The notes: generated by a model from the letters alone, not told the origin. A DNA stretch of 64,000 bases from Nemertoderma westbladi (GCA_032718475.1 JAUCBJ010006143.1:1220-65219), one strand, 5' to 3'. Positions 13,132 through 24,960 are shown, counted from the stretch's first letter. A program made the numbers and translations.

Positions 13132-16100
13132 ATGGCAAAGGGGATATCTGGAGAGCCGAGATGGGGATATGATATCCAAGAGGAAGCAGCAGCTCCATTC
13201 GAACGATTTGGAGCAACAGACTACACTATATTTGGAATAAAAGATTTATCGGAGAGTACAGCAAAACTTGCTAAAACTAAATATGACTCAACGGTATTAA
13301 AGAGGAGGCAGAACGCTTTAAACGAGAGAATTGAAAGTTTGCGTCAAACCTTCAACGAACTTTATCCGTACGATGCTTTATGCGATACGGGAGATATTAG
13401 TGAAGACCCAGATACAGAAATAAGTAGTTTGTATCATACCATGCAATACCTGAAGGCGCATGAACCTATGCCTGCGGTACGTCATGAATTCAATGGAATG
13501 CATCTTTACAGACCAACTCGAGGAGACAATAGAGAAACGAAGGAAGCCTTTTCAGTTTATAAACTTTATTATCAATGTGGTGCTTGTATGCGCGAACAAC
13601 AAAAGGCGATTCTGATGCGTTTGAATAAGGAAAATCCCGAGCCGATATTGGCGAGGTGTTCGAACCATCAACAACTACGTTACCAGGAAGGAGGGTATCC
13701 TTTATCTAATCCGTATCACTCATTCGCTATGTGTGGACCAAAGGCGGAAGAAATTGTCGTTTGTCCACCTAAGATTGTTGAACCCGATGAATTTGAACTT
13801 ACGCTGGAAGAGGTGACTCAGTCAACCCGTGAAAGGAAAGAAGCTCTTAGCCTATACAGAGCATATAAGGCTTTTGAGAAAGGTGAGATGGAAGAATGAG
13901 GCGGAAGACTTGCGAGCCTACCTTACCATTGGACATCACACGATCAGACTTCAGCTAAGGAGATGACGCTGGAAATTTTCGAAAGTATAAACTTTGCCCA
14001 AAATGTCATTCAGAGACTACAGATTGCATCCCCGGAAAGGACAAGAGAAATGCAACTGCATAGTGCTCCGACTACGAAACCATTGAGTAAGACACTCAAT
14101 TTCCCTATTAGTATACCAGTTCGGAAAGATTAGACTTATGAAATACTTATTGTGGATCATCCGAGAATTATGTCAAACTTAGAGTTCCTTTCTGCTGTTG
14201 TTCTGAGCGATATGGTTAAGATATATGATTTACATAGACACATTACGCAAAAGGTCGTGCATAACGTTCCGCTACATATTCAAGACTTTAGAGAACTGGA
14301 TAGAGCTGGCACCGATATAGCTCCGAGTAACTTGAAAGGATATCTAACCAGAACAATTCGCTTATGGATCGGGACAGGAACCTTTCAATCGGATACAGAC
14401 ATCGCCACGAATTGGCAAGGTAAAGTTATTCGTTTCGAGGACGAGAAAGACATGGAGAAGATTTGGCAACCTTCGGAAGAATTAATGGACGAATGGAACA
14501 GGACGCTTAGATCATTTCAAGAAAATGGTTCTATGTTTTATGATAATGAGGGCGGCAGCCATCAACAAAGTCTAACTTCTAAGACTATACAAATTAGAGC
14601 GGCAGACTGAGTCTTGCACGTTTTTAGTAGACAAAGGAGCGACAAGCGAATGCCGATACCTCAGGGAACTACTAAGCGGCACTATCTCATTACCAATATC
14701 ATAAGGAAGATGGACCAGGCCTGCAACATCGATGCTAGAATGTTACCGAAGATGGTAAGAAACATTATTTTAGTCAAAACTGTTGTAAAGATTGGATCAG
14801 GAGTGCGAGAGGATTTAATTAGCGACTTTGCCGGCATGTCGGATAGTGACGACAGATTACCGACACCTTACATCGATACTCGACCTCTTATATTATGGTC
14901 CATAGAACAAGGATTTTTCCGGGAGTATGATACGCAAAAGACCGGAATGGGATACATTTCCTACCTGATGTTTAATTGGGATTACAAGGAAAGTAAAAGA
15001 ACTAAGTATATTGAAACATATGGAGAAGGTGATACTCCAGATATGAATGAGTTTGAATCACAGCTAAAATGGAGAGGATGCGTGTATTGGGCTATTATGT
15101 CACTTCCAAGAGCAGTACTACAATATTATTTAGCGATAGAGTCATCAGTAAATGTTTGCTTAATCACCGACATTGTGTCTTGGGGACTCTTAAAAGACAT
15201 CCACTTTGTCTCGGAGAAGGACATACGTTCTACGAGGAAGGGAGAATTCATACTGACGTGTTTAGACGATTTCTCGAACCCTTCTACAATTCCGATGCTC
15301 AGTGCAATGCCTTTACTCGAGCAGGATTTAGTATATTTTGATACATGTATCTTCGCTGTGAGGGATCGCTTATCGAAAGACCATCTATGTTTACAATTTT
15401 ACCTTATGAAGGAGAACGTATTGTAGAGGTTACTGACGAATCACGGCAGACGCGCGCACCTATCGGTCACTTCGGTGATGATTCTGAAGCAACAACGATT
15501 GGTGATCCTCTGGAGGAACTTCTTGAGATTGAAAGAAACCTTCCGAAGAAATCCCAGACGGAGATTCTTCAACTTGAAGCAACAGATGCTGTAGTTTGTA
15601 TACAACCTTCTGAAACATACCAACCTGTAGATCCAGACAATTATGACTATAGTGTGGGAGGAAGCGCTCGACCAATTGGTGACCTTATATATGAGCGAGT
15701 ATGGTACCCTGCTAATACGATGTGTGGTAAATGTGGCGTCGCTGGACATCATTCGACAAAATGCAGCAGAAAACATATTACTACGACTCAACTGATTTGT
15801 GGATGGTGTGGAGACCAGGGATCCCATACGTTTTATACTTGCTGGAGATTTATGGCACAATGTTCATACTGCAATATAAAGGGACATTGAGCATCTGAAT
15901 GTCAGTTGAGAGACATACCATATGAACACAAGTCGGTGACACTCGTAAGAAAACTGTTTGATAATTGGGAAGATTTAGCTGACAAACATGTATCGGCACA
16001 AAGATAACAATTCCCGATGAGAGTACACCTCGGATTTTGGGCGGTAAATCCTCAAACTATGATGTCGGAAGGATATATATGCTACAATCCGCTATGCCAC

Positions 16101-16861
16101 AATATGATGAATTGATAGAGGTAGTTGACATTTTGCCTCACGATAGTGGATTCAGGGTCGTGCGAGAATATTTATTGCAGATTCATCCAGACAATAAGAA
16201 CATTTGGAATTTCCAGAAAGTCGTTAATCGTATCACGTATGGTGAATTCGACCGTTTTCGAACTGAAAAGCGAAACAAGGGAGCTTGGTTAACATTCGCA
16301 TGAGCGTACCGAGCCGCCTTCTACCATAAACGTGTACGGTCGAGCGTATTTGAGGAAGAGGAGATCCTAGAGGCGACCGACATACCAGCCACTCCGGTTG
16401 CGCTGTCTGCACGTCACCCTCGGGAGGACGAACAGAACAGGATCATAAGGGTTCAGAAAGTGAGCCAACAATTAAAGAAAACTCTTAACATTGAAGAACG
16501 AAAGGGATTTGAGCCGGCTATTCGAGTTACTCGAGATACGGTGTCGCTTCCCAGAGAGCCGCGAGGAGGATTGGGACATATACCAGCCAATCAAAAGGGG
16601 GCGCAAGCTTCTCTTGGGTCTGCGCCGTCCGCTTCCAGCGCGTTCCCAGACGTTTTGCCATCGGTAGAACCAACCAATCGGTCACGAGGAGTCGGACGAG
16701 GATTTGGGTTTACTAAAAGGCGAGCTTGTGAGGAAATGGTCGCACCATCTCCCAACGTCCAAGGTAAACTAGTGACTCGCCCCATAAGTCCTGTAGTACG
16801 AGCAAAGTCGCCTATACGCAGTTTTCAAGGACGCGGCCGAGCCCAATCTACAAAGAGATGA
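13132..16861 (+). pseudogene. Extra ~1,240-codon ORF of the BEL element in the env position; unknown protein with three CCHC zinc knuckles
   Basis: ORFs 13132, 14152 and 14614 share a frame, then 15345 and 16037/16460 follow after frameshifts. Knuckles: CGKCGVAGHHSTKC, CGWCGDQGSHTFYTC, CSYCNIKGH*ASEC. No signal peptide or TM segment seen. Homologous to 50456-54700. Confidence 0.8.
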
Positions 16862-16864
16862 AAT

Positions 16865-17460
16865 GGAAGGCAAAGGGTGGACGGAAGACTCGCGAGCCTT
16901 TCTTATGATTTCATTTATTAGCATTATATAAAGATGCATATTTTAGTTAGGTATGAAAGATTTATATTTAGAAAGTTATGCAATTTATATTTGAAAGATT
17001 TATATTTAGAAAGTTATGCAATTTATATTTGAAAGATTTATATTTAGAAAGATTTATATTTGTAATTATTCCGAACTTATGCAATTTATATTTAGGTACA
17101 AAGTGAAATTGTTTATATTTAGGTACGATAATATTTGTATTTGTAATTATTTGAATTTATGCAATATTTGAGAGGCAAAGGGTGGACGGAAGACTCGCGA
17201 GCCTTTCTTAAGATTTCATTTATTTGTATTTGTAATTATTTGAATATTATGCAATTTATATTTTATATAAGGAAGCAGTATTTGTAATTATTTTGACATT
17301 ATTGGTAATTTATGCAATATTTGAGATGCAATAGATTTATATTTGGTGAATTTAATTTAGATTTATATTTGGAAATTGTATCTACTTAATTAAAGCCTTA
17401 AATATGTATGCTTCAGGTATTTCATAATTTGATTTGTAATTATTGGTGAAAACCATATAT
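16865..17460 (+). repeat. AT-rich repetitive 3' UTR of the BEL element with a duplicated ~50-bp block
   Basis: Many TTTATATTT and TTATGCAAT units. AGGCAAAGGGTGGACGGAAGACTCGCGAGCCTTTCTTA occurs at ~16868 and ~17173. Confidence 0.8.
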
Positions 17461-17645
17461 TTTATACATGATAATATCCTGTTTTCATGGAGCGGTATAG
17501 AATTATATCCTCACAAAAGCCGTAAAATTTCCAAATTTTATTTTGTTGGAATTAATTTGTATTATTTGATAGGTTCATATGTTATAAGATTACATTAAGT
17601 TCTCATTTGCATTTGGTATAGCTATTTGTACAACATTATTCAAGT

Positions 17646-17729
17646 GGTTCAGTAGCTCAGTTGGTTATGCGTTAGAAATTCGTTTGATAGGTATCGAGTT
17701 CAAATCCTAGCAGGTGTAAATTGTTTTTT
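17646..17729 (+). ncRNA. tRNA-like / Pol III unit (A box, B box, oligo-T), not a canonical tRNA
   Basis: A box TAGCTCAGTTGG at 17653, B box GAGTTCAAATCC at 17696, TTTTTT at 17724-17729. Acceptor and anticodon stems do not pair. Confidence 0.55.
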
Positions 17730-17875
17730 GTGCCAATTTTCAACTTATTTGAATTGACCGCTACGATTGAATTGTATCTGCTCAAGGTAGATTAACCAAT
17801 GAAATTGCAGTTATTTGACAGTAACCAATGTTGTGCAAGTTATGCGTTTGCTGGACCAATGGTTATATTTAAAAA

Positions 17876-18561
17876 TGTAATGGAACCTATAGAATTATCT
17901 AGATTTGTCTAGATTATTGGCAGCACTAATTCACTATATAAAGGTGCGTTTGTGCGATTAGTTACACATTACATCAATGTATTTCACATTATTTGTATTT
18001 TATTTCGTGATTTGTTCATTATTTGTAATAAAGTTCGAATTATTGTTACATCTGTTTTAACATGATTCACCACGGTGAACCCAACTGAGGGACAGGTGGC
18101 AGGCTAAGCAGCGGGCTGCAGCAGTGAATGGGAACATCGGCGGAATGTAGAAAGCCACCCACAATATCGATTAATAGTTTTTCGCCCATCGCCTGAAAGG
18201 TTAGACAGCGTTTGATGCCTTGCTACCTAAGTGTAAGACCTGAGATCAAAGGTAGACGTAGTGACACGCTGTGCGCCAAAATTTAAAATTAGGAACTGTA
18301 CTGTTTTGATTCTGACAGAACCCGCGGTACCCCTTCACATTCCTACGGGAGGAGAGTAGAGAGAGAGAGAGAGAATAGATACAAGTACACAGATAGGACA
18401 CAGGCACACCATTACGGGGCATGTACATTGGTAGGGTACACCAAAACTGTACGCCTAACTTATTTGCCGTGTATAGGTGCGCTTGTGGCTTGTTTTGTAG
18501 TACAACGGTGTCCATTGCTTGTATTGGAGTCTGTAGGCCAAGAGAAGGTTACCGTGTCGTG
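17876..18561 (+). repeat. 3' LTR of the BEL element, left part (interrupted by the Polinton)
   Basis: Begins TGTAATGGAACC, matches 1353-2040, and stops at the Polinton TSD. Confidence 0.88.
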
Positions 18562-19030
18562 AGTAGTAGATAAAGCATAGTCCTCACAATAGTCCTCCCT
18601 AAGCCTGGGCTATGCACATTCCATTGAGAGGGGTATTAAAAATGTCAAATTCCGGTGCTAAATTGCGATGCGCGCGCCATATGTCACCATCGGCAGCTGC
18701 CATCAACCAATCGTAGCGTAGCCTCACCCCGCGATGTCCAATATTATATTATATCGATTGCCAACTCAACGATTTACCCTCCGCTAGCTAGTGCTACTCC
18801 TCGACGGCACCACCACCACCACCGCTGTATACTGTATATGAAGACGAGAACAACGATGTGGCCATCTACACGCATCGTGCATATACCCTCCCTCGATATT
18901 ATATATTATATTATATCGATTGCCAACTCCACGATTTACCCTCCGCTAGCTAGCGCTGCTACTCCTCGACGGCTGTCACCAAACCAATAAACCAACCAAC
19001 CAACCTACCAGTATGATACATGAAATTCCG
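18562..19030 (+). repeat. Polinton left terminal inverted repeat (~470 bp)
   Basis: Reverse complement of 42450-42897 apart from an internal segment of roughly 80 bp. Confidence 0.92.
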
Positions 19031-19734
19031 CCACGCGTCAACTACACGTTCTCGTATTTCCATAGTAGTTACTCAAGCTAACCATTCCCTCAGCATCTGT
19101 GACATATTGAAAGGCTACTACTACTAACATTATACTGTGCGTTTTTATTATAATTATTGATTATTATTACACACAACCCAATGATTCATATTCTTTCGCA
19201 TATTTCCTATCCACGCAACCAATCATCCACATTACCCATCTCTTTTCTTATTTGTTCATTATGCCACATCTCACTCTTCTACGTTGACTATGCTACATCC
19301 ACATCCCCACGTATTCAGAAATTTATATATAACTGTAGGTTTTTAATAAAATTCATCACTTGTAATCTTCATGGTAATATATTGATACCATATCTAATTT
19401 TTTTTGTTCTCACTCTGAAATTGTGTTATTTCCTTAATAATTTCTTCATTATCTTACTCGTTGTATATTCGTTGGTCAGAAACACTCGAATAAATGATAC
19501 TGATTCCCACATTGGGTTTCTAAATCATGAAATATATAAGTGGTCAGAATCTCACACAAGAGAGAAGATGATACTTAATGATGTAGATAAGTTAAGTATC
19601 ATCTTCTCTCTTGTGTAAGTTTCTGACCACTTATATATACACAATTTTAGAGTGAGAACTATGGTGTCAATTTATTACAGCGATACGGTTTAAAATTTAT
19701 CACTGTAATATTTTTCGTATTTATTATTATTATT

Positions 19735-20799
19735 ATGGCCTTAACGCAAAAAACCGGAGCAACAAATAGCTGGAAATTTACTTACAATAAATATTCTTGT
19801 ACCGTCGTTCACAGCAAGTATTTTATTGTGGAATCTCAGGAGGACAACGAATCAATTTGTTTTTCCAATCAAGATACCCGCTATTTGTTAGACATTCTAG
19901 AAACAACCAACAACAACCAACATTAATCCAGACCAGCAATTATACCAGGTAGGATATATCCCACTCTTCGTTTTGTGCGGGGAAATTTGAATATTTCCAT
20001 CAACCCCACATCGGGTGATGTTTACGTTCAGAAACAAGGCAAATGTAAAGTTCTCAACAAAGCTTTTACTGAAGTTCTAATTCAATACAGAGGGAAATTA
20101 TTGCAATTTCTCTCTCCACCTCTAGAGATTATTAGCAATCAATTCTACATTGAATTTTCAAATCCAGAGTTTATTGGATTTGTAACAGCTTTTAAAGGAA
20201 CCAACTATGTTGGCTTATGGAAAATCAGCCTCAGATACGCTGATATTGTTGGTTTTAACTATTATACAGGTTTCAATTTGTCAAAACAGGAACTAACCGT
20301 TTTGTTGCGAGAGTGGGACTACCAAGTCGATGAAACAGACAAGCATCTTTTTGATAAAAATATCATTCAGTTATCAGACCGTCTCAAAATGATTAAAACC
20401 AATAATAAAAAAATTATTATCACCAACACCGATAATTCTACTGAAGTAGGGGCCGGCGGAAATTCTATTGAGTTGCATTACTTGAAGGATAAATTCCATA
20501 TTAGTTTTCTCAAAGAAGCGATGAAGGGCGTCTCTCTTACTGATGCCAATGTAGATGGTTTTGTCCTTTTGGATAAACCTAAAGCATTCGTAGAGATCCG
20601 ATCACCTAATCCAGATGTTGAAGAGACTTGCTCTCAACCTCAACAGGTCTTTCCTGAAATATTACCTTGGAAGCCAAGATCATCGAGTAAATTTACCAAC
20701 ACTTCACCTGCAAAGAAACAGAAAGTTGTCGGTAACCCTGTTCTAGTAGATCCAGTTACTAATTCTCCATGGAAACCTGATTATTATCCTAACATGTAA
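19735..20799 (+). pseudogene. Polinton gene with PC4-like (ssDNA-binding/coactivator) domain(s); one in-frame stop
   Basis: ORFs 19735 and 19975 are in frame, and the TAA at 19924 is CAA in the second copy. FVTAFKGTNYVGLWK...TGFNLSKQELTVLL resembles PC4 V..FKG...IDIR...KGISL..EQW..L. Confidence 0.55.
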
Positions 20800-21002
20800 A
20801 CCTGATCATAAGTTAAACTCTTTGTGGTTTCCAATAGCCATATGCGATTGGTGACTGGTGATTGGTGATTGATTTAAAATTATTTCACTTGCTAGCATAT
20901 AAATGTTTAGATATAGTCAATAACATTTCATTTCATTTTATTTTAATCTTTGGAGATATTTTATTATTATTATTATTATTATTTATCTAAACAAACTTCA
21001 AC

Positions 21003-24000
21003 ATGGATAAAATAACAATATGTTGTTCATTCTGTCATATGAATGTAACTAGACATAATTACTTACGCCACCTACGGTCACATTTTGAAGGTTATTCTTG
21101 TTTTAAGTGTCATGTCATTACTTCATGCAGTAAAATTTGTAAACGACATGAATCAACTACTGGTTGTAAAGAAATGGAGTTCCGCACCTATCAATTGACT
21201 TGTTCTACCTGTAATAAAGAGTATACATATGACAATTATCTACGACACAATTGTCACTTGAAATGTTACTGCACAAGAAAGCGTAAATCTGGGTGGCTCT
21301 TGGTACATGCGCAACAATTTTTACACGGGAACAAGAAGCTCACGATAATCGTCTTGAAATTTATGTCCACGACCTCCCAACTTCTAGAGATTATCCCGAT
21401 GTAGAAACAGCATTAGCGCAAATTTGAGGTAATATTCTTCAGTTAATATTAGACAGATTGAAAGAAATGAATGTTCTTAGACTGTGGTTAGGTCTAAATG
21501 TATTAATGTACAGATCACATTTTTCAGAAGGTGAGCAATTGGAAACCTTTTATTTTAATTCTTCCGGTGGTGCTATTAATACTGTAGATTCATCACAAAG
21601 TTTTGACACATGGTTTGAGTATGTGGTGGGAAATATATTACAAAAAATAGCCATGTTTAACACACGTGGCTCCGGGTGGCGTATTAATTCTTTATTAAGG
21701 GTTGAAATTAAATTAGCTGAATCTAAGTGTAGGTCGTTACTATATAAGGGGCATGGATATATGGAATTACCTAAGGCTTTATCAGCTAAAAATGTACAAT
21801 AAATATACAAACAGCTGATAATGATTGTTTCAAATGGGCTATTATATCCGCAAAATTTGGTAGCAAAGTGAAAAATAATAAAAACCATACTTCATCGTAC
21901 AAAAATTATATGAGTCATTTCATTTTTTACAATGGGAACAAAGATTATCCAACAGAGTGGCAGTTAGCGATTAAACTTTTTGAAAAACAAAATTCAAAAT
22001 ATATAATTAATTTACTATGTTGGAATAACGACAACAAACGCACCCCTGTATCTATATTAAGACAACCTCCGTTTAGTAAAATTACACCTGATAAACAGTT
22101 ATTAAATATATTACTTGTAGTAAAAAATAACAATGTACCTAAACTGAATCATTATGTTTGCATAACTAACTTGAATCGATTGCTGAATACGAGAGCTCTT
22201 CATACCCAAGGTAGGCAATATTGTGAAAGGTGTTTGACACATTTTTTTCGAGCAGAAGTTCTTCTTCGACACCATCTCGTATGCTACCAAGGAAGAAGTC
22301 AGCGCGAGAAACTACCTAATAAAAAAAGAACACACATTAGTTTTACAAATTTAGATAGAACCTTATCCCCATTGTTTGTCACTTACTTTGATATAGAATG
22401 TATCTTACAACCATCAGTATTAATAATCAATTTATACAGGAGCATATACCGTGTGCGGTGAGTTATTTAATTGTTCCCAATAGTGAATTAATTGATGCTC
22501 CAAAATGTCATTTGAAAACATTTGTAAAGACAAATAATAATAATTGTATTCAAGATTTCTTAGATTCATTATATACTGATTTAACTGAATTATGTTGTTG
22601 GTCAGACATATACACTCATAAAACTATGTCATTTACTAATATTGATTTTGTAAATTTTGAACAAGCAAAATTTTGTTTCTATTGTAATGTTACTTTAAAT
22701 AATAATGTAGGGAAAAACAGACACCATTCACATATTACTGGTAAATTATTGCAGCAGCCTGTAATAGTTGTAACCGAAGTTTATCATTGAAACGAAACCT
22801 GTATGTACTTTGCGGGCACAATTCCAGTAATTACGATATACATTGTATATTACAAACCGGATTTAGAGATAAGAAATACACAGATTGGGATATAAAGGTT
22901 ATACCGAGAAATACAGAACGATATATTTCACTGAGTGCATTTATCCCAATTAAAAACACTTCTAAAAAAATTGAGTTACGTTTCTTAGACACATATCAAT
23001 TTTTAAGCTTTTCTTTAAGTAATTTAGTTGAGTGTTCAACAAAGGATGTAGCGAGTCATGATATGAGCTCAATTTTACCTATCACTCTACAAGAAATGAA
23101 ATATTTTTATACAAACTTGAATAACTCAACAATTAAACGGAAAGGAGTATTTCCATACAAGTACTTGACAGATATTAATAAATTTAATGATACTAGTTTG
23201 CCATCTATAAATAATTTTTTTAGTAACTTAAGTCAAAAAAACATGCACAATTGAAGATTATAGGTTTGCGGGATTATCATGGGTAGAATTCGACTGTATG
23301 AATCTCAAAGATTATCTTTTAGCCTATTTAAAACTTGATGTTTGTTTGCTTGCTGATATATTTGAGAATTTTAGGAATGTTTGTAAACAAAATTACGATT
23401 TAGAAGTGGTTTTTTACTGTAGTATCGCGTCATTTACCTATGATTGCGCGCTAAAATATAATAAATGTAAAATAGAATTAATAAAGGATTATCAGACATA
23501 TAGAGATTTTGAAAAATCAATTAGGGGTGGTGTTTCATTTTGTCGAAAGCATTATATAGAATCAAATATACCAGGAACAAGTACATATGATTCTACTAAG
23601 GAAGAATGCCATATTTTTAATATTGATTTCAACTCTTTATATTCTGGGAATTTAAGTAAAAAACTACCCACCTCGCAATTCAAAGAAGTAAGTATTAAAC
23701 ATTTAGAGAATGCAATTCCAGAAAAACTAATAGAGTACTTGGTAGATTTAGACATTGATGGATCTACTGGATAGTTTTTAATATGTGATTTAAATTATCC
23801 TAAAGCTATTCACGATCAAACATTACAATTACCGTTAGCACCAGAGCATTTAAGTATAAATGAATCAATGCTTTCACCTTATATGAGGGAACAATTTAAT
23901 AATTTATCGATACAAATATAATATAAATATAAAAATTAAATAATAAGTAAATATAAGATCCGTAAATATAAGCTGTCTACACCAAAACTCTTGCTGACTC

Positions 24001-24960
24001 AATTTGATAAAAGAATTTTATTCATTTACATTTGAAACTGTTAAAATTTTATATAAAACATGGATTAATTGTTACTAAACTACATAAATTATATTCTTTT
24101 CAACAAGAATTTGTATTTAAAAATTACATAGATTTTAATATTAATCAAAGGCATCTAGCACAAAGTTACATTAAACGGCTGTTGCGAAGCTGCTTAATAA
24201 CTCGTTATTTGGCAAGTCAATAGAGAGGATACGAGACCGATGTAACTTTCATATCGCAAATAGTAATGATAAATGCGACCAATTGGTAAATCGTATTAAT
24301 CATGAACAATTTATAATATACAATAATACATTATCAGGACATTTATTAGTGAAAGACTCTGTAACTCTCGATAAGCCTATATTTATTGGTAGCGCGGTGT
24401 TGGACTTGGCTAAATTGGATATGTATGAGCTGTTCTACAATAAATTGCTAAAAGCATTAATTAAAAATAATATTTTAGATACTTCCAATTACCCTAAGGA
24501 TCACCCTCTCTACAGCGATAAAAATAAATCCAGACTCTATTACTGTAAAGACGAACTAGCTTCACGTGAAATTAAACAAGCAGTATTTTTAAGACCAAAA
24601 TTATATTCAATTTTGGAATGGAATAACAAAAATATTCGTAGAGCAAAAGGTATTACAAGAGCTGTTGTGGAAACGAATATTACACATGAAGAATATTTAA
24701 AAGCATATAACTCAAATGAAGAAATAAAAAAAAACATACACGGATTTCAATCTAAATTACATCGTATTTATACCTTAAAGCAAAATAAATTTGCACTCAG
24801 TAGCTTTGATGATAAACTTTATTGGATTAATAAAAATCAATCACTTCCTTGGGGGCACTATAAAACAAACCTCAATAAACCTATAAAAATATCAAATATA
24901 CCAATTTATGAAGAACCAAAAGACAATGGTATTGATGATGAATTATCAAATAGTAAATAA
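21003..24960 (+). pseudogene. polB: Protein-primed family B DNA polymerase (pPolB) with N-terminal zinc fingers, protease-like domain and an HNH/EndoVII-like insert; fragmented
   Basis: C2H2-like CSFC..HLRSH; GSGWRI; DNDCFKWAI...NHYVCI; ExoI YFDIEC; CFYC...RHHSHITG..ACNSCN insert; ExoII GHNSSNYD; RFLDT; RKGVFPY; ExoIII YLKLDV.LLAD; IRGG; motif A DFNSLY; motif B KLLNNSLFGK; LRPKLY, RAKGI, FDDK. Confidence 0.95.

Noticed and set aside
13132-16861. env / fusion glycoprotein
   Set aside because: No signal peptide, TM anchor or ectodomain cysteine pattern; the cysteines form CCHC knuckles.
17646-17720. Functional tRNA gene
   Set aside because: Acceptor and anticodon stems do not pair; only the Pol III boxes remain.
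18655-18990. His-rich ORFs in the TIRs (also 42416-42700)
   Set aside because: Products of (CAC)n and repeat sequence in the TIR, with no coding evidence.
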